From a virus, in the IMG/VR virus record IMGVR_UViG_3300037149_000100: a DNA stretch of 64,000 nucleotides; one strand, 5' to 3'. Each line of letters begins with the position of its first letter. Within the stretch, counting starts at the first letter, position 1. Shown one piece after another: positions 29,994 through 40,645 of the stretch. The notes under the pieces were generated by a model that made no database searches, was not told where the DNA came from, and saw only the letters and a program-made list of their open reading frames with translations. Position numbers and translations under genes: made by a program.

Positions 29994-31872
29994 ATGGACG
30001 AAGCACAAAGAAGGGCAATTGAGTGGTATTCCCATTACCATAATTCACTTAAAGAAGGAGAAAAATTGGGCTCTCAGGAAGTTAAACATGCTTACCGAAT
30101 TGATGATGACACTCCCGCTGAGGTGTGGTATAATGATACCACGGTCCTAGAGCCGTGGAACCCATCCGAAGCAGACATTCAGATGCTTCATGCATGTGGG
30201 TTCGACTGGCTCTAACCTCACCCAAAGGAGCTTCTCATGCATCATCCCATTCTTCTTATCTCCGGCTCCGCCCTCATCGGATGGCTGATCCCCGAGTTTT
30301 TCCTCGCAATCTCTCACAGAAAGTTGACTGTGCCCGCACTGTGCAACATCATTTCCGCCGTGGGCTGTGGCCTTATTGTCGCTGCTATCGTCTGCCACTA
30401 AAGGAGCTTCGCATGGTCCCTATCCTCACTGTCAACACTCTCGTGTTCCTGTTTCTTGCCGTCATTTGGCAGCGGAGCGGTGGGTTCAACCTCTTCATGA
30501 AGTTCCTTTTCTGGGGGCTGACTCTGGTCAACGGTGTGACCCTGGCCCATGTGCTGGGATTCGTGGTGAAGGGGTGAGCATGGCTGAGCGTCCAACCATC
30601 GCTGTGGATCTGGAGACCTGGAACATCCTTCTGGAGGAACGGGATTCCTGCTATCAGGCCCTTAAGGATATCATCCGACACCAGTGCTACGTGGCCGGAA
30701 CAATGGCCGTGCATAGTTCCGTTCTGGCTATAGCTCGTCCGGTCGTCCAGAAGATCGAGCAGAGGGCGGATGTGTCATGATGCTCAGAGTCGTCAATCCC
30801 CATGACAGCCAGCATTTCCGAGACCGGCTGTTCACCCGGTTTGGCATCCTCCTGACCGCTTCTGACATGTGGCCTCTCCGAGACCAGCTTTGTACACTCA
30901 AGCCGGTCAAGATAGAAGATGGGGTTGCCACTTATCTGATGCGGCTTCAGGGCCGAGTCGTGTATGTGCTCTATGGTATCAAGCAGCAGAGGTTTATTAC
31001 CGCTACTCAACTGAATCACACCGAAACCATGGAGGCTGCGAGACTCAAATGAAAGCGAAATCCTACCAAGACTGGAAGATCCTGGGCTACCACGTTCGGA
31101 GGGGCGAGAAGGCCACCGGAGTAGACAGAGACGGCATTCCTACCTTCACCATCGATCAGACGGACCTGATTGAGGATGAGCTGGACTACCGGGACTGGCA
31201 CGGTCTGGATTAATTCTATACAAATCCCTCCAAAATCGGGTATAATAGGATAGGAGGGTCTATGACCAAGACCGAAACCCTGGCCAAGCTGCTCACTGAG
31301 GTGGGCCTGAAGGAAGTGACGGACCAACACCGTACCAAGAAATACCGGGTCTTCACTTCCATGGAGGAAGGTAAGTTCTATTTCGTCGGAACCCATGGGG
31401 CTCTGCGGAAGGGAGCAAAGTCCACTGACAGCATTTCGCTGGATGCCGATGTCTACATCGACAAAATCAAGCGCATTCTCAAGAAACGAAAGGAAGATTC
31501 CGAATGAAATTCTATCCCAACTCTTTTCTAGTCAAGAAACAAGGGCTCTCTGAGGAAGAAGTAAAGCTCATCGTGCTGAAGCATGAAGAGCGGGAAAAGG
31601 TCTTTGAGCAGATGGAGCGAATAGAGGATCCTCGTATGCTCCACTCTTTTGCCTCCCTGGTGGAACTGATTGAGTTTGAACTCCAGAAGCTTTGGAAGTT
31701 CCCCCAGGATGCCCAACAGCACTGCTGGTGGTTCCGGGTGCCCCACTGTCGCTGCCCTAAGCTGGACAATGCTGAGCGGGTCGGCACCGGCCAGCGAGTC
31801 ATCAACGGAGACTGCCCGGTGCATGGGTTCGAAGAGGAAGTTTCCCGCTTGCCGAATAAGCCCTTGTGCTAG
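29994..31872 (+). other. Run of about 8 small hypothetical genes (29994-30215, 30237-30401, 30413-30577, 30580-30780, 30777-31052, 31049-31213, 31262-31507, 31504-31872)
   Basis: Co-oriented ORFs with RBSs or ATGA overlaps. Confidence 0.55.
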
Positions 31873-31909
31873 AATCGCCAAATAGGGTATAATAAGGTGA
31901 GGAGTTAAA

Positions 31910-33046
31910 ATGCTTGAAGTTCAGAAGTTCCTTAAGAACGGCGGAACTCTTGAGATGCTCAAGGCAGACTACGGCATTAGTGCTCGTGTGAACGAGAGGC
32001 TGGGGGTAACTTGCCTCAATTACTCTCAAATCATGTCTCCAATGGGTCAGAAGATCGTCAGAGAGTGTCGTGCATTGGTGCTGGAGAGCACCACCTGGGA
32101 GGTGAAGTCATGCTCCTTCGAACGCTTCTTCAACTTCGGTGAGGGGCACATCCCCAAGGACTTTGACTGGGACAACTTCCAGACGCTGGAGAAGCTGGAT
32201 GGGTCGCTGATTCACTTCTGGTTCCATGACACTGAAGGCTGGCAGTGCGGCACCCGTTCGGTTCCGGATGCGGATACCGGCATGGATGACTCCGGTCTCA
32301 CATTCAAGCAGTTGGTCATCCAGACCATCAATGAGATGGGATCGTGTTGGGCTCACTGGACCGACAGCCTCATTCCAGGCTACACTTTTACCTTTGAATT
32401 GACCTCGCCAGAAAATATGATTGTGTGTGATTACCGGGGTCAGCGTAAGCTCACTCTGATTGGTATCCGCAACCTCGAAACCCTCAAGGAGGTGGATGTC
32501 CACCAGTGGCATCAGCCAGGGTATATTGCCCCCTGGCCGGTCGTGAAGCGTTACCCTGGCTTCACCCTGGATGCGGTGCAAGAAGCTGTACAGAAGCGTG
32601 ACCCGCATGACTTCGAGGGTTATGTGCTGGTGGATAAGAACTTTAACAGGGTGAAGATCAAGTCCTCCGCTTACGTGTTCATGTCCAGTCGTCGTGATTC
32701 CCTTGGGAAGTCGAACAAGGCACGGATCGAACTGATCCAAAATGATGCGGTGGATGATGTGCTGTCTAGCCTGCCTGAGTTCGTTCAGGGGAAAATCCTG
32801 GGTCTCCAACGGAAGCTCAAGACCCTGGTCCAGACCTGTGATGCCCTCTATCAGGCTGTAAAGGATGAGGATACCGATAAGGACTTCGCCCTGAAGGTCC
32901 AGCACGGGGGCTACAGCAGTGTCATGTTCGCTCTGCGGCGTGGCAAGGCTGTGGATTCGTGGGAGCATTTCAAGCGGATGAGCCCCAAGCGAGTATTAGA
33001 GTATCTGGATGAAGAAGACGACGAAGAGGAGACGGTATGCGAATAA
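31910..33046 (+). CDS. RNA ligase (T4 Rnl1-like)
   Basis: RECRALV, RFFN.GE, EKLDGS, FELTSP.N.IV, EGYV, RVKIKS. Confidence 0.85.
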   Translation: MLEVQKFLKNGGTLEMLKADYGISARVNERLGVTCLNYSQIMSPMGQKIVRECRALVLESTTWEVKSCSFERFFNFGEGHIPKDFDWDNFQTLEKLDGSLIHFWFHDTEGWQCGTRSVPDADTGMDDSGLTFKQLVIQTINEMGSCWAHWTDSLIPGYTFTFELTSPENMIVCDYRGQRKLTLIGIRNLETLKEVDVHQWHQPGYIAPWPVVKRYPGFTLDAVQEAVQKRDPHDFEGYVLVDKNFNRVKIKSSAYVFMSSRRDSLGKSNKARIELIQNDAVDDVLSSLPEFVQGKILGLQRKLKTLVQTCDALYQAVKDEDTDKDFALKVQHGGYSSVMFALRRGKAVDSWEHFKRMSPKRVLEYLDEEDDEEETVCE

Positions 33047-33928
33047 TTGGTGGGGAGCCCCTCCCAAACGGGACGAAGGTTAGCTTCTGCCTATCCGATG
33101 TGGTGACTGGCACCGGTATGATTCGGGGTATCCACACGATGCCTCAGCCGGTCCTGGGCTACGGCTACATCGTGGAGTGGGACTTTCTGTCCTGTGCGCC
33201 TTACGCATACCCCTGCATCTCCGTCTTCGATAGCGGCATCACGGTGATGGAATGATTGAAGATGGAGAGCGAAGACCCGGCGTGTTCTACAAGGATGGCA
33301 GGCCCCATCATTACGAATGCCAGGACTGCAAGAAGCCTGACCCTGTGCATTTCATGGTCAAGGACAGCATATGGGAAGAGGCGGGTATGGGTAAGGGTAT
33401 TATTTGCCCCGAATGCTTCGAGATCAGACTGGGACGGAGGCTGGGGATTCAGGATTTCAAGGATGTCCCATCCAACGACATGTTCTTCTATGGGTACCAG
33501 ATGGCCAAATCGCTCTATTACAATCCCCCGTTCATCGCCATCGCCACTTCTATCAAGCGATCAACCCACCCAGGAGAGGAAGTCCTGGAAACTGGGCTGA
33601 CCTTTCCCGATTACCCCTCATGCGAATTCATCGAAGCACATTTCACGATCCTCGACTCCGAGGACAAAAAGGAAAAAGAATGAAATATCTGTTTGTTTGC
33701 CTCGCCTTGGTTGCCCTGACTGCCTGTACGGATGCCCAGAGGGCCAAATATACCTCCATCGGTTCCGCTCACCACATCCAGCTTTACTCTGGGGGTAAGC
33801 TGATAGGTGAGTGGGACAGCACCGGAGCCGTCACCAATGAGGGCCAGTCTGATGGATTTGTCTTTGTGGACAAGAAAACCCGTGTGAACACGGAAATAGC
33901 CGGAGAGGTCATCATCACCCAGGAGTAA
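33037..33928 (+). other. Three small genes (33037-33255; 33252-33683 Zn finger; 33680-33928 lipoprotein with LTAC)
   Basis: Overlapping starts and stops; CxxC motifs; lipobox. Confidence 0.55.
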
Positions 33929-33968
33929 ACCGGGACTATCTGTTTCTCAACTGAAGGCAGGGATAGAA

Positions 33969-36803
33969 ATGAAGGAAGGTGCGTGGATTAATGGTAAGAC
34001 GGGGAAATTTGCCTGGATTACCGAACATGCGAGTTGGGTGAAAGACCCTGAGAATGCCCGATCGATTGGCGTTCCTGAAAGCGTAATCGAGAAAATCCAG
34101 TCTCTCCGTTCAGACTTCAACGGCAAGGGTCGTGAAGAGATCCTCGCTACCGTCATGCAGGCCGGGTTCATTCGGATGCGGGGGCATGGCTCATTCTGGA
34201 CGTTTGAGTTTACCATGCCCTCAGAAGAAGCGTTGTGGGCTTGCATGTCCTTCCTACAGGACTTCGCTGGCCCATTCACTCAATGCCGGTTTAACAACCT
34301 GAGGACCGGTGAGACCATAGACACCCTCTTTCAAGAATTCGAGAAGACGATGCAGCAAGATCCTACACAGATTTTGAGGATTGCGAAGGTTGTGACCTAT
34401 CCCCGAATGGCTTCGTTTTTGGAGCATGTGGGAGATGAGGTCAAGGTTGCCTCCGGCTACCCCAGATTGATGCAAATTATGAAAGGGTTGATACCCACCG
34501 TGCATACGTTTGGCATCATGTCTGTGGATAACCCTCAAAACCAAGCCCTCTCCGAAGAGGAGAATCAAAAGCGAAGAAATCAATTTAAGGCTGACCTCAA
34601 ACGTGGGTATTATGGCTACGTTCAGCACAATGGCATGTATGACCGCCCCGAAAAGGCGTTCTTTATCATGAATGTCAGATTGTCTGAACTGACCCAATGG
34701 TGCGGAGAGACTCAGTTCGACCAGGAGAGCTACATTTATGGTCAAGTGAACCACGACGAACATGAAGTCGTAATGACGCTGTATTATGGTGCAACACCGG
34801 GTCCACAGCGAAAGGTTGTGTTGAGAGTGGAGAATGGGGTTGAAAACTACTACTCAGAGTACAAGGGACGTAAGTTCGTCATCCCCTTCTTTGATGAAAC
34901 TGAAGCTCCTGAATCCGAAGAGTCCAATCTCCCCACTGGGGTCCCATTTGATAAGAATGATGTGGATACTCCGAAGAACGCTTCACAGTTAAACCTCATT
35001 CTAGCCAATGCAGAAGGTCTTCGAAAGGATGCGCTGGGCCTAACAGTCGGAATGGGCAATTGGAACAAACGAGGAATGCTTCTCCAGGCTGTGAGGCAGT
35101 TGGAGCCTAAGCCTAGGCCCAAAGTAGGGATGGACTCTAAGTATGAGCTTGCCCTAATTCTCAAGTATGTGCGAATGAATCTTAGCAGTTTCCGGAGTAT
35201 GCTGACCCGACCGGATGCGGCTAAAGCAATTCATGACAAACTTAAGAAGGAATGCCCTAGGGGTGAGTTGGCTGATCTGATGGCCCCGATAATCATGGAA
35301 CGGGCTCAAGGTGTAATTCAGGAGACCAAACTCAAACAAGCTCTGGAGGGAATGTTTAATTCCCAGCCGGGAATGAACGAGGAGTTGGATTACAAACGGA
35401 CCCTGGAGGATGAGAAGGGAGGGGCCACGAACGTCATGAAGGCCAGCCTGAAGACCGCTGTGCTGATCCCCCACACCCTGTCTAGTTTCAAAGATGATCA
35501 GACGAATCAGAAGGCAGCAGAACTGTTTTCCGATTACTCGGCCAGATTCGACACCGGTAAGGCCATCGCTCTGACCCGCAGGGATCTGATGCGATCAGAC
35601 TATGACATGGCCACAGCGGCTCCTAGGCCCCCTAGAGTGCCCTCCACCATCCCCCCTTCAGCCCCACCGAAACCAAAGAAGCCGGAGCCGGGGGCACAGC
35701 TTTTCAGTGATGAGGAGTTACGTTTTCCCACCGGTATGATTCAACAAGCCGCTCCCTCCCCCCTACGAGTGAAAGTGACTTCCCCCCAGGTGGATCCCAA
35801 GTTCTTCCGGTTCTGGATGGAGCAATTATACAATTCTGGTGCGTACCGACCCCTCACGCAAGGAGCCGTGCAGCAGGGCATCAGGGCGTCAGATGTGTTG
35901 GAATTGCCATTCTACAACGTCAAGATCAAGGATGTGGCACAGATTGGCCAGAACCTCCCAGACTACGATTTCCTCATTCAACGAGTGGGCAACACCGGGA
36001 AGGTGCTGACTCGAACGGCTCATAAGGTAGCAGCCTTGTTCCATGATCGTGGTTGGATTTTGCCAACTGGAGAGTTCTTACCCGTTAAGGGTGCGGTTAA
36101 TCTGGATATTCGTGAGTTTAATCAAGATGAAGAACATCATGATATGATTGCCGAACGCTACTTTGAAGGTGGGACCGAAGAAGCATATGATAATGAGTGG
36201 ATACGTATCGGCGTGTATGGTACGGAAGGTTATGCGGATCTGGGTGGCTGTAACGATAAGCAGTTTAACACAATGTGGAGTCATTTCAACGAAACAAAGC
36301 CTAAGTTCATTATTTTCGGCTATTTGGTTGAGGGTCGGTTAGACCTTGAGGACTTCTTGAAATGCAAAAATCTTGCAGGTATAGAGAGAGCGGTTAGACG
36401 CACTTACAGAACCGCCTCTGGGCAGCCTACTATGGGTTTCAACGTCAACGACTCTGCCGCTCCATTCACCGATTGGATACTTCGGGGTGAGAAGGAAATT
36501 GAGACTAGAAACTCCGACTCACTCAGACCTCACATTGGAGAACGAGTCGGTATCATCCGCACAGGGGTTGGCCCCGCTACCCTGGTTGGTTATTGCACCC
36601 TAGGTGAGCCCATTATCTATCGGGACAATCGAGACTTCCGTCAGGATCAGTCGCAGCATATGGTTCCAGAGGGTCCGATGTGGGACTTGTTCCCCGGAAT
36701 GATCAAGTATGGTTATCCTATTCTGGATGTGGAGCCGTGTGAACCCAAAGCAATTACCTCTCAAGGCCGAGTGTGGAGACGACTAGCAAGAATTGAAAAT
36801 TGA
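33969..36803 (+). CDS. 944-aa modular protein with DUF3293-like and C-terminal ASCH-like domains
   Basis: FGIMSVDNP...N..R....DL...QESY; ILRGEKEIETR...GERVGI. Confidence 0.6.
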   Translation: MKEGAWINGKTGKFAWITEHASWVKDPENARSIGVPESVIEKIQSLRSDFNGKGREEILATVMQAGFIRMRGHGSFWTFEFTMPSEEALWACMSFLQDFAGPFTQCRFNNLRTGETIDTLFQEFEKTMQQDPTQILRIAKVVTYPRMASFLEHVGDEVKVASGYPRLMQIMKGLIPTVHTFGIMSVDNPQNQALSEEENQKRRNQFKADLKRGYYGYVQHNGMYDRPEKAFFIMNVRLSELTQWCGETQFDQESYIYGQVNHDEHEVVMTLYYGATPGPQRKVVLRVENGVENYYSEYKGRKFVIPFFDETEAPESEESNLPTGVPFDKNDVDTPKNASQLNLILANAEGLRKDALGLTVGMGNWNKRGMLLQAVRQLEPKPRPKVGMDSKYELALILKYVRMNLSSFRSMLTRPDAAKAIHDKLKKECPRGELADLMAPIIMERAQGVIQETKLKQALEGMFNSQPGMNEELDYKRTLEDEKGGATNVMKASLKTAVLIPHTLSSFKDDQTNQKAAELFSDYSARFDTGKAIALTRRDLMRSDYDMATAAPRPPRVPSTIPPSAPPKPKKPEPGAQLFSDEELRFPTGMIQQAAPSPLRVKVTSPQVDPKFFRFWMEQLYNSGAYRPLTQGAVQQGIRASDVLELPFYNVKIKDVAQIGQNLPDYDFLIQRVGNTGKVLTRTAHKVAALFHDRGWILPTGEFLPVKGAVNLDIREFNQDEEHHDMIAERYFEGGTEEAYDNEWIRIGVYGTEGYADLGGCNDKQFNTMWSHFNETKPKFIIFGYLVEGRLDLEDFLKCKNLAGIERAVRRTYRTASGQPTMGFNVNDSAAPFTDWILRGEKEIETRNSDSLRPHIGERVGIIRTGVGPATLVGYCTLGEPIIYRDNRDFRQDQSQHMVPEGPMWDLFPGMIKYGYPILDVEPCEPKAITSQGRVWRRLARIEN

Positions 36804-36805
36804 TC

Positions 36806-36834
36806 TTGACGGGCCGGTGCCGATTGAGTATTAT
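36806..36834 (+). promoter_or_regulatory. Sigma70-like promoter heading the cassette array
   Basis: TTGACG-17 nt-TATTAT; includes the GAGTATTA motif. Confidence 0.7.
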
Positions 36835-36929
36835 AGATAAGAAGGTTCCGTTGTTTTTACAGAAACGGAACCTTTGACTGAGCAGCCGTGCTGCTTCTGT
36901 CCATTCCTTCACCCCTTCCAGGAGCGCCC

Positions 36930-37211
36930 ATGTGCGAATACCAGGGACACGAATTTGGAGCCCGCTACCCCGACTCCATGTGCATTGACGGCTATCTCTG
37001 GGACGCAGACAACTGCGACGACCAGGGCAACCTCTACGAGCCCATGGACGCCATCCCCTGCCCGATGTGCAGCCCGAAAGCCGCCATCGGCTGGTGGACG
37101 GAACGGTTCGATAGCCCCTCCAGGCGCAAAGCCCGCAAGGCTGCCCGTTTCCTGGTCGCGGACATTCGCCGGAATCGCGGCGTCGAAACCCTCAGCAACC
37201 CTGCCGAATAG
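36930..37211 (+). CDS. Cassette gene, Cys-rich
   Basis: RBS GGAG; C...CIDGYLWD.D...PCPMC. Confidence 0.65.
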   Translation: MCEYQGHEFGARYPDSMCIDGYLWDADNCDDQGNLYEPMDAIPCPMCSPKAAIGWWTERFDSPSRRKARKAARFLVADIRRNRGVETLSNPAE

Positions 37212-37250
37212 GCGAATGTCCAGGCGCAGCCCTGGACCAAGGAGAAAATC

Positions 37251-37418
37251 ATGACCCCTGAACAGTTTGAAAAAGCCCTGGAGGATGCCGTCAAGGGCGG
37301 GAGGGTAACCGTCACCATCAGCGAAAGCTGCCCCGAGGATGGCTGCAACGGGACACTCCACCGCATCTCCGAGAACCTCCAATGCTGTGACCAGTGCAAC
37401 ACCGTTTTCGGCGCCTAG
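37251..37418 (+). CDS. Cassette gene, 55-aa Zn ribbon
   Basis: RBS AAGGAG; CPEDGC...CDQC. Confidence 0.6.
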   Translation: MTPEQFEKALEDAVKGGRVTVTISESCPEDGCNGTLHRISENLQCCDQCNTVFGA

Positions 37419-37447
37419 CCACGCATGTCCAGAAAGGATAACCAACC

Positions 37448-37660
37448 ATGGACCCATTCACCCTCGATGACCTACTGAAAATGCACCCGCATCAGGTCGT
37501 GGAAATTCTGAACCGCTACCGGGAGGCGTTGGAGGAAGTGAAAGCCTCCGTCTGCGGCGAAGCGGTGTCCAAGTGGGGCATCGACCCCCAGACCACAAAA
37601 TCCCGCATCCGCATCGCCAATACCTGCGATGTCGCCCTTCTCAACCTGCCGAAAGGCTGA
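37448..37660 (+). CDS. Cassette gene
   Basis: RBS AAGGA. Confidence 0.6.
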   Translation: MDPFTLDDLLKMHPHQVVEILNRYREALEEVKASVCGEAVSKWGIDPQTTKSRIRIANTCDVALLNLPKG

Positions 37661-37679
37661 TGTCCATGAGGACAAACCC

Positions 37680-37877
37680 ATGACTAAGAAGGATGGACTG
37701 CCATCCGTGGCAAAAACCAAGTTCGAATTCGGATTCCGGCTGATCGGTATCCCCAAGATGTGCGCCAACTGCGCCCACCGGGATTACGCCTGCTGTGGAT
37801 TGAGCCCTCAGGACTTCACCATCGGCAAGCTCGACAACCACGTTTGCGACCGATGGAAGCGCAGCCACCTGAATTAA
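37680..37877 (+). CDS. Cassette gene, Cys-rich
   Basis: RBS GAGG; CANCAH...C...CDRW. Confidence 0.6.
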   Translation: MTKKDGLPSVAKTKFEFGFRLIGIPKMCANCAHRDYACCGLSPQDFTIGKLDNHVCDRWKRSHLN

Positions 37878-37901
37878 CCATCCTGTCCAGAAAGGTGAAC
37901 C

Positions 37902-38141
37902 ATGCCCAAGTGGCCGCCCTGTCCCACTCCAGTGTCTCCGCCCAGCCGGGGAGTCATCATCAAAACCTGCACCCACTACGTCATCGAGCGAAAAACGGCA
38001 GGACCAGAATGGGAGCCCTGGGCTTTCCCAAAGAATGACCGGCTGAACGCGCTGGAGACGCTGGAGTGGTGCCGCAAGGAACAACCCGGAGGCACCTTTC
38101 GGTTGATCTTCGAAACCCGTGAACACATCGCAGCCGAATGA
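37902..38141 (+). CDS. Cassette gene
   Basis: RBS AAGGTG. Confidence 0.55.
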   Translation: MPKWPPCPTPVSPPSRGVIIKTCTHYVIERKTAGPEWEPWAFPKNDRLNALETLEWCRKEQPGGTFRLIFETREHIAAE

Positions 38142-38359
38142 GGCTGTCTAGGATCCCTATGTCACAAACATGCAAACCAATCCGCCGATGGAAGTTGAAA
38201 GCTATGCGGCACTTGGGGAAAACCAACCCCCAATTAACCCGTTCTGGGGCGAAGCGGGTTTGCCCCTGGCAGAACCTATCCCCCCGTAACCTTCGCCTGT
38301 ATCGATAACCGTTGCCCAGGTTGCGGGCTGTAGTTGTCCACTATTCGCCCGGAGGGCAG

Positions 38360-38560
38360 ATGAAAACCGTCATCGTTGAAGGCAAACGATACCCCGTCAT
38401 TGAGGACCTGGGGTTCCAGCATGGGCGATGCTGCACCGCCGTTGAAGCCCAGACGCCAGATGGTCCCAGGATCGCCACCAAGGGCTCCCTCATCGGGTCG
38501 AAGTGGCAGTGGGCTGGACCCGCCCCCGTCTTGCCTCGCGGTCCCATTGCGGGGCAGTAG
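38360..38560 (+). CDS. Cassette gene
   Basis: RBS GGAGG. Confidence 0.6.
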   Translation: MKTVIVEGKRYPVIEDLGFQHGRCCTAVEAQTPDGPRIATKGSLIGSKWQWAGPAPVLPRGPIAGQ

Positions 38561-38834
38561 GCGCATGTCCATCTGGAGGAACCATGACCAGCAAGGAAAT
38601 GCTCAAAGCCACGTTGCCCAAGGACTGCATCTGGGAGAACATCGCGCCGCTTGGCCGTATTCCAAATTGGAGGATCATCCCAAAGCCGAAAGGGTGGGGT
38701 GAGTGATGGGCGCTTTCGACGATTCCTACCACATGACCTGGACCAAGGCAGATCGCCGCCGGATCAAGCGGGACCGCGCCAAGTCGCCCTTCGCATGGGT
38801 GCAGGCCCTCCCGCTGCCCTGGGAACGGTGAGCC

Positions 38835-39332
38835 ATGAACAGAGACGAGCTTGAGGCAAGTATTGCAGCGAGAAATCCGGAAGCATGGCGTCCATCTCAA
38901 ATATCATCCAAAGTGTCTCAGGAAATGGACGAGTTAATCCGGTGCCGCGCCATTCAGGGAATGGACGAGTTGATGTACTGCCGAGCCATCCTGTATCATG
39001 CAGGGGACTTCTCCACCAGCATCCATGGCGGCATTGAAGCCCTAGTGGCAGAGCGGAATGCCCTCCGTGCCAAAGTGCAGAGCCAGCGTGACCGGATCAA
39101 TGACCTTGAATCTTGGCGTCCAACCCCCCACCCCGCCGGGACGCCCTTGAAGCCGATGCCTGATCCGAAGCGCAGCGAGTGGCAAGCCGACCCCCTCAAA
39201 TGGATGTTCGCCATGTCGGAATGGGGCGAATCTGCCAGCGCCAGGATTGCAGACCTGGAAGCGATCTTGGCAACCAGCGTAATGTGCCCCAAGTGCGCCG
39301 AAGTCATCCTGCCCCACCAACAGATCCGTTGA
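38835..39332 (+). CDS. Cassette gene, coiled coil with CPKC
   Basis: Open frame ending just before the last TGTCCA. Confidence 0.55.
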   Translation: MNRDELEASIAARNPEAWRPSQISSKVSQEMDELIRCRAIQGMDELMYCRAILYHAGDFSTSIHGGIEALVAERNALRAKVQSQRDRINDLESWRPTPHPAGTPLKPMPDPKRSEWQADPLKWMFAMSEWGESASARIADLEAILATSVMCPKCAEVILPHQQIR

Positions 39333-39490
39333 TCCTGTCCAGGATCCCCCTGGACTTAACCACTCCCGAATCATCAGTTCGAAAAAAAAGAAAAAATAAA
39401 GCTATACAGAATTCCCAACTTCCGAGTATCATCATTGTAGGGCAGGAATGAAAAACAACCTTCCGGTCCTAATCATGGAGTCAGCCTTCA

Positions 39491-39645
39491 ATGTTCAATC
39501 TATTCGCCATTGCCAATCATACCCCACAGGGGTGGGCAAAGGTTTATAGTTTTTCCGCTGATCGCCTCCCCATGACTTAACACTCACGCAAATCCGAATC
39601 GGAACCCCCGTGAGTCCTTCCAAGAACCACGGGGGTTCGGCTTTA
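39491..39645 (+). promoter_or_regulatory. 29-aa leader ORF plus GC-rich hairpin before the tRNA array
   Basis: RBS GGAG, ORF 39491-39580, stem GAACCCCCGTG/CACGGGGGTTC. Confidence 0.45.
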
Positions 39646-39794
39646 TGGAGCCAACCCGAAAATCCTTGACAATTTCATAAAGCAAATTTAGTAACCCACC
39701 CTCCGCTTTAGGGCGAGGGGTGAAGGGTTCGGGGAGGGCTCCAGAAACTCCTCACTTGAAAAAATGGGCTACACACCTCTTAATTGAGGTGTGT

Positions 39795-40424
39795 ATGTTC
39801 AAGTCATGTATTCATTGTTCGAAAGAGTTCCAGGCCAAGGACAACAGAAAGAAGTTCTGCTCTCAGTCCTGTTCAGCTTCTCACGCGCAATTAGGGAAGC
39901 CGAGCCACAACCAAAAGAAGCCACGAAACCTGTGCTACTGTGGTAGCCCAATCGAAAACCCAGTCAGCGTGTTCTGTAGTGACCAGTGCCGCCAATCCCA
40001 AAAGATGGGAGGTATCACCGAATGGGTACAGGGCGGTCCAGCCCCGCTAGGGCCAGAATCAATCACCCGCTGGGTTAAGAAGTTGCGAGGAAGTGCCTGT
40101 GAAGAATGCGGGTGGGACCAACAAAACCCGGTATCAGGTAGGAGCCAGACCCAGGTGGACCACATAGATGGGGACAGCACCAACCTGATGTACACCAACC
40201 TCAAAGTGCTCTGCCCCAACTGTCACTCCATGACCCCCACATTCGGGAGCTTAAACCGAGGAAAAGGGACAAGGACTAAACGGTTCTCCAACCTCGTGCT
40301 ACTTCCACGCATCTGCCCCACTTGTGGTGACTCGTTCACTCCAATCAGCAAAAGGCACACAAGCTGTTCTCGTAAGTGCCGGGGTAAGGCAACGTATCAA
40401 AAACAAATATCTCGGAGTAGTTAA
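39795..40424 (+). CDS. HNH endonuclease with Zn-finger repeats
   Basis: CEECG...QVDHIDGD..N....NL..LCPNCH; FCS..C repeats. Confidence 0.85.
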   Translation: MFKSCIHCSKEFQAKDNRKKFCSQSCSASHAQLGKPSHNQKKPRNLCYCGSPIENPVSVFCSDQCRQSQKMGGITEWVQGGPAPLGPESITRWVKKLRGSACEECGWDQQNPVSGRSQTQVDHIDGDSTNLMYTNLKVLCPNCHSMTPTFGSLNRGKGTRTKRFSNLVLLPRICPTCGDSFTPISKRHTSCSRKCRGKATYQKQISRSS

Positions 40425-40484
40425 ACGGTAGAACCCAGTCCTGACATGGCTGTGACGGCAGTTCAACTCTGCCCTCTGAGACCA
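40411..40484 (+). tRNA. tRNA-Val(GAC)
   Basis: Cloverleaf, loop CTGACAT, ACCA end. Confidence 0.8.
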
Positions 40485-40494
40485 TCAAAAATTT

Positions 40495-40557
40495 TAGACA
40501 CTAACAGCAACCCAAAATTTCACCTTTGGCTGTGAAAAGCAAAATGTGTCGTGTCTA
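40495..40557 (+). ncRNA. AGAC-TAACAGCAA family element, short copy
   Basis: TAGACAC/GTGTCTA terminal stem followed by TAACAGCAA. Confidence 0.55.
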
Positions 40558-40558
40558 C

Positions 40559-40645
40559 GCTCTCGTAGCTGAAAGGATCAGCACCGGTCTACGAAACCGG
40601 GTACGTAACAGTCATACGCAGGTTCGAATCCTGTCGGGAGTACCA
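40559..40645 (+). tRNA. tRNA-Arg(ACG) with long variable region
   Basis: Loop CTACGAA, TTCGAAT T loop, ACCA. Confidence 0.85.

Larger units (their letters stand above)
36898..39341 (+). repeat. TGTCCA-delimited array of small genes
   Basis: TGTCCA at 36898, 37217, 37426, 37661, 37884, 38335, 38566, 39336 and TGTCTA at 38145, all intergenic. Confidence 0.75.

Noticed and set aside
32108-32968. 286-aa minus-strand ORF (also 58722-59432, 59843-60661, 61176-61973)
   Set aside because: Antisense shadows of well-supported plus-strand genes with biased codon use
36898-39341. Classical integron (attC) or CRISPR array
   Set aside because: No RYYYAAC...GTTRRRY hairpins and no intI; the repeat is 6 nt and the spacers are whole genes
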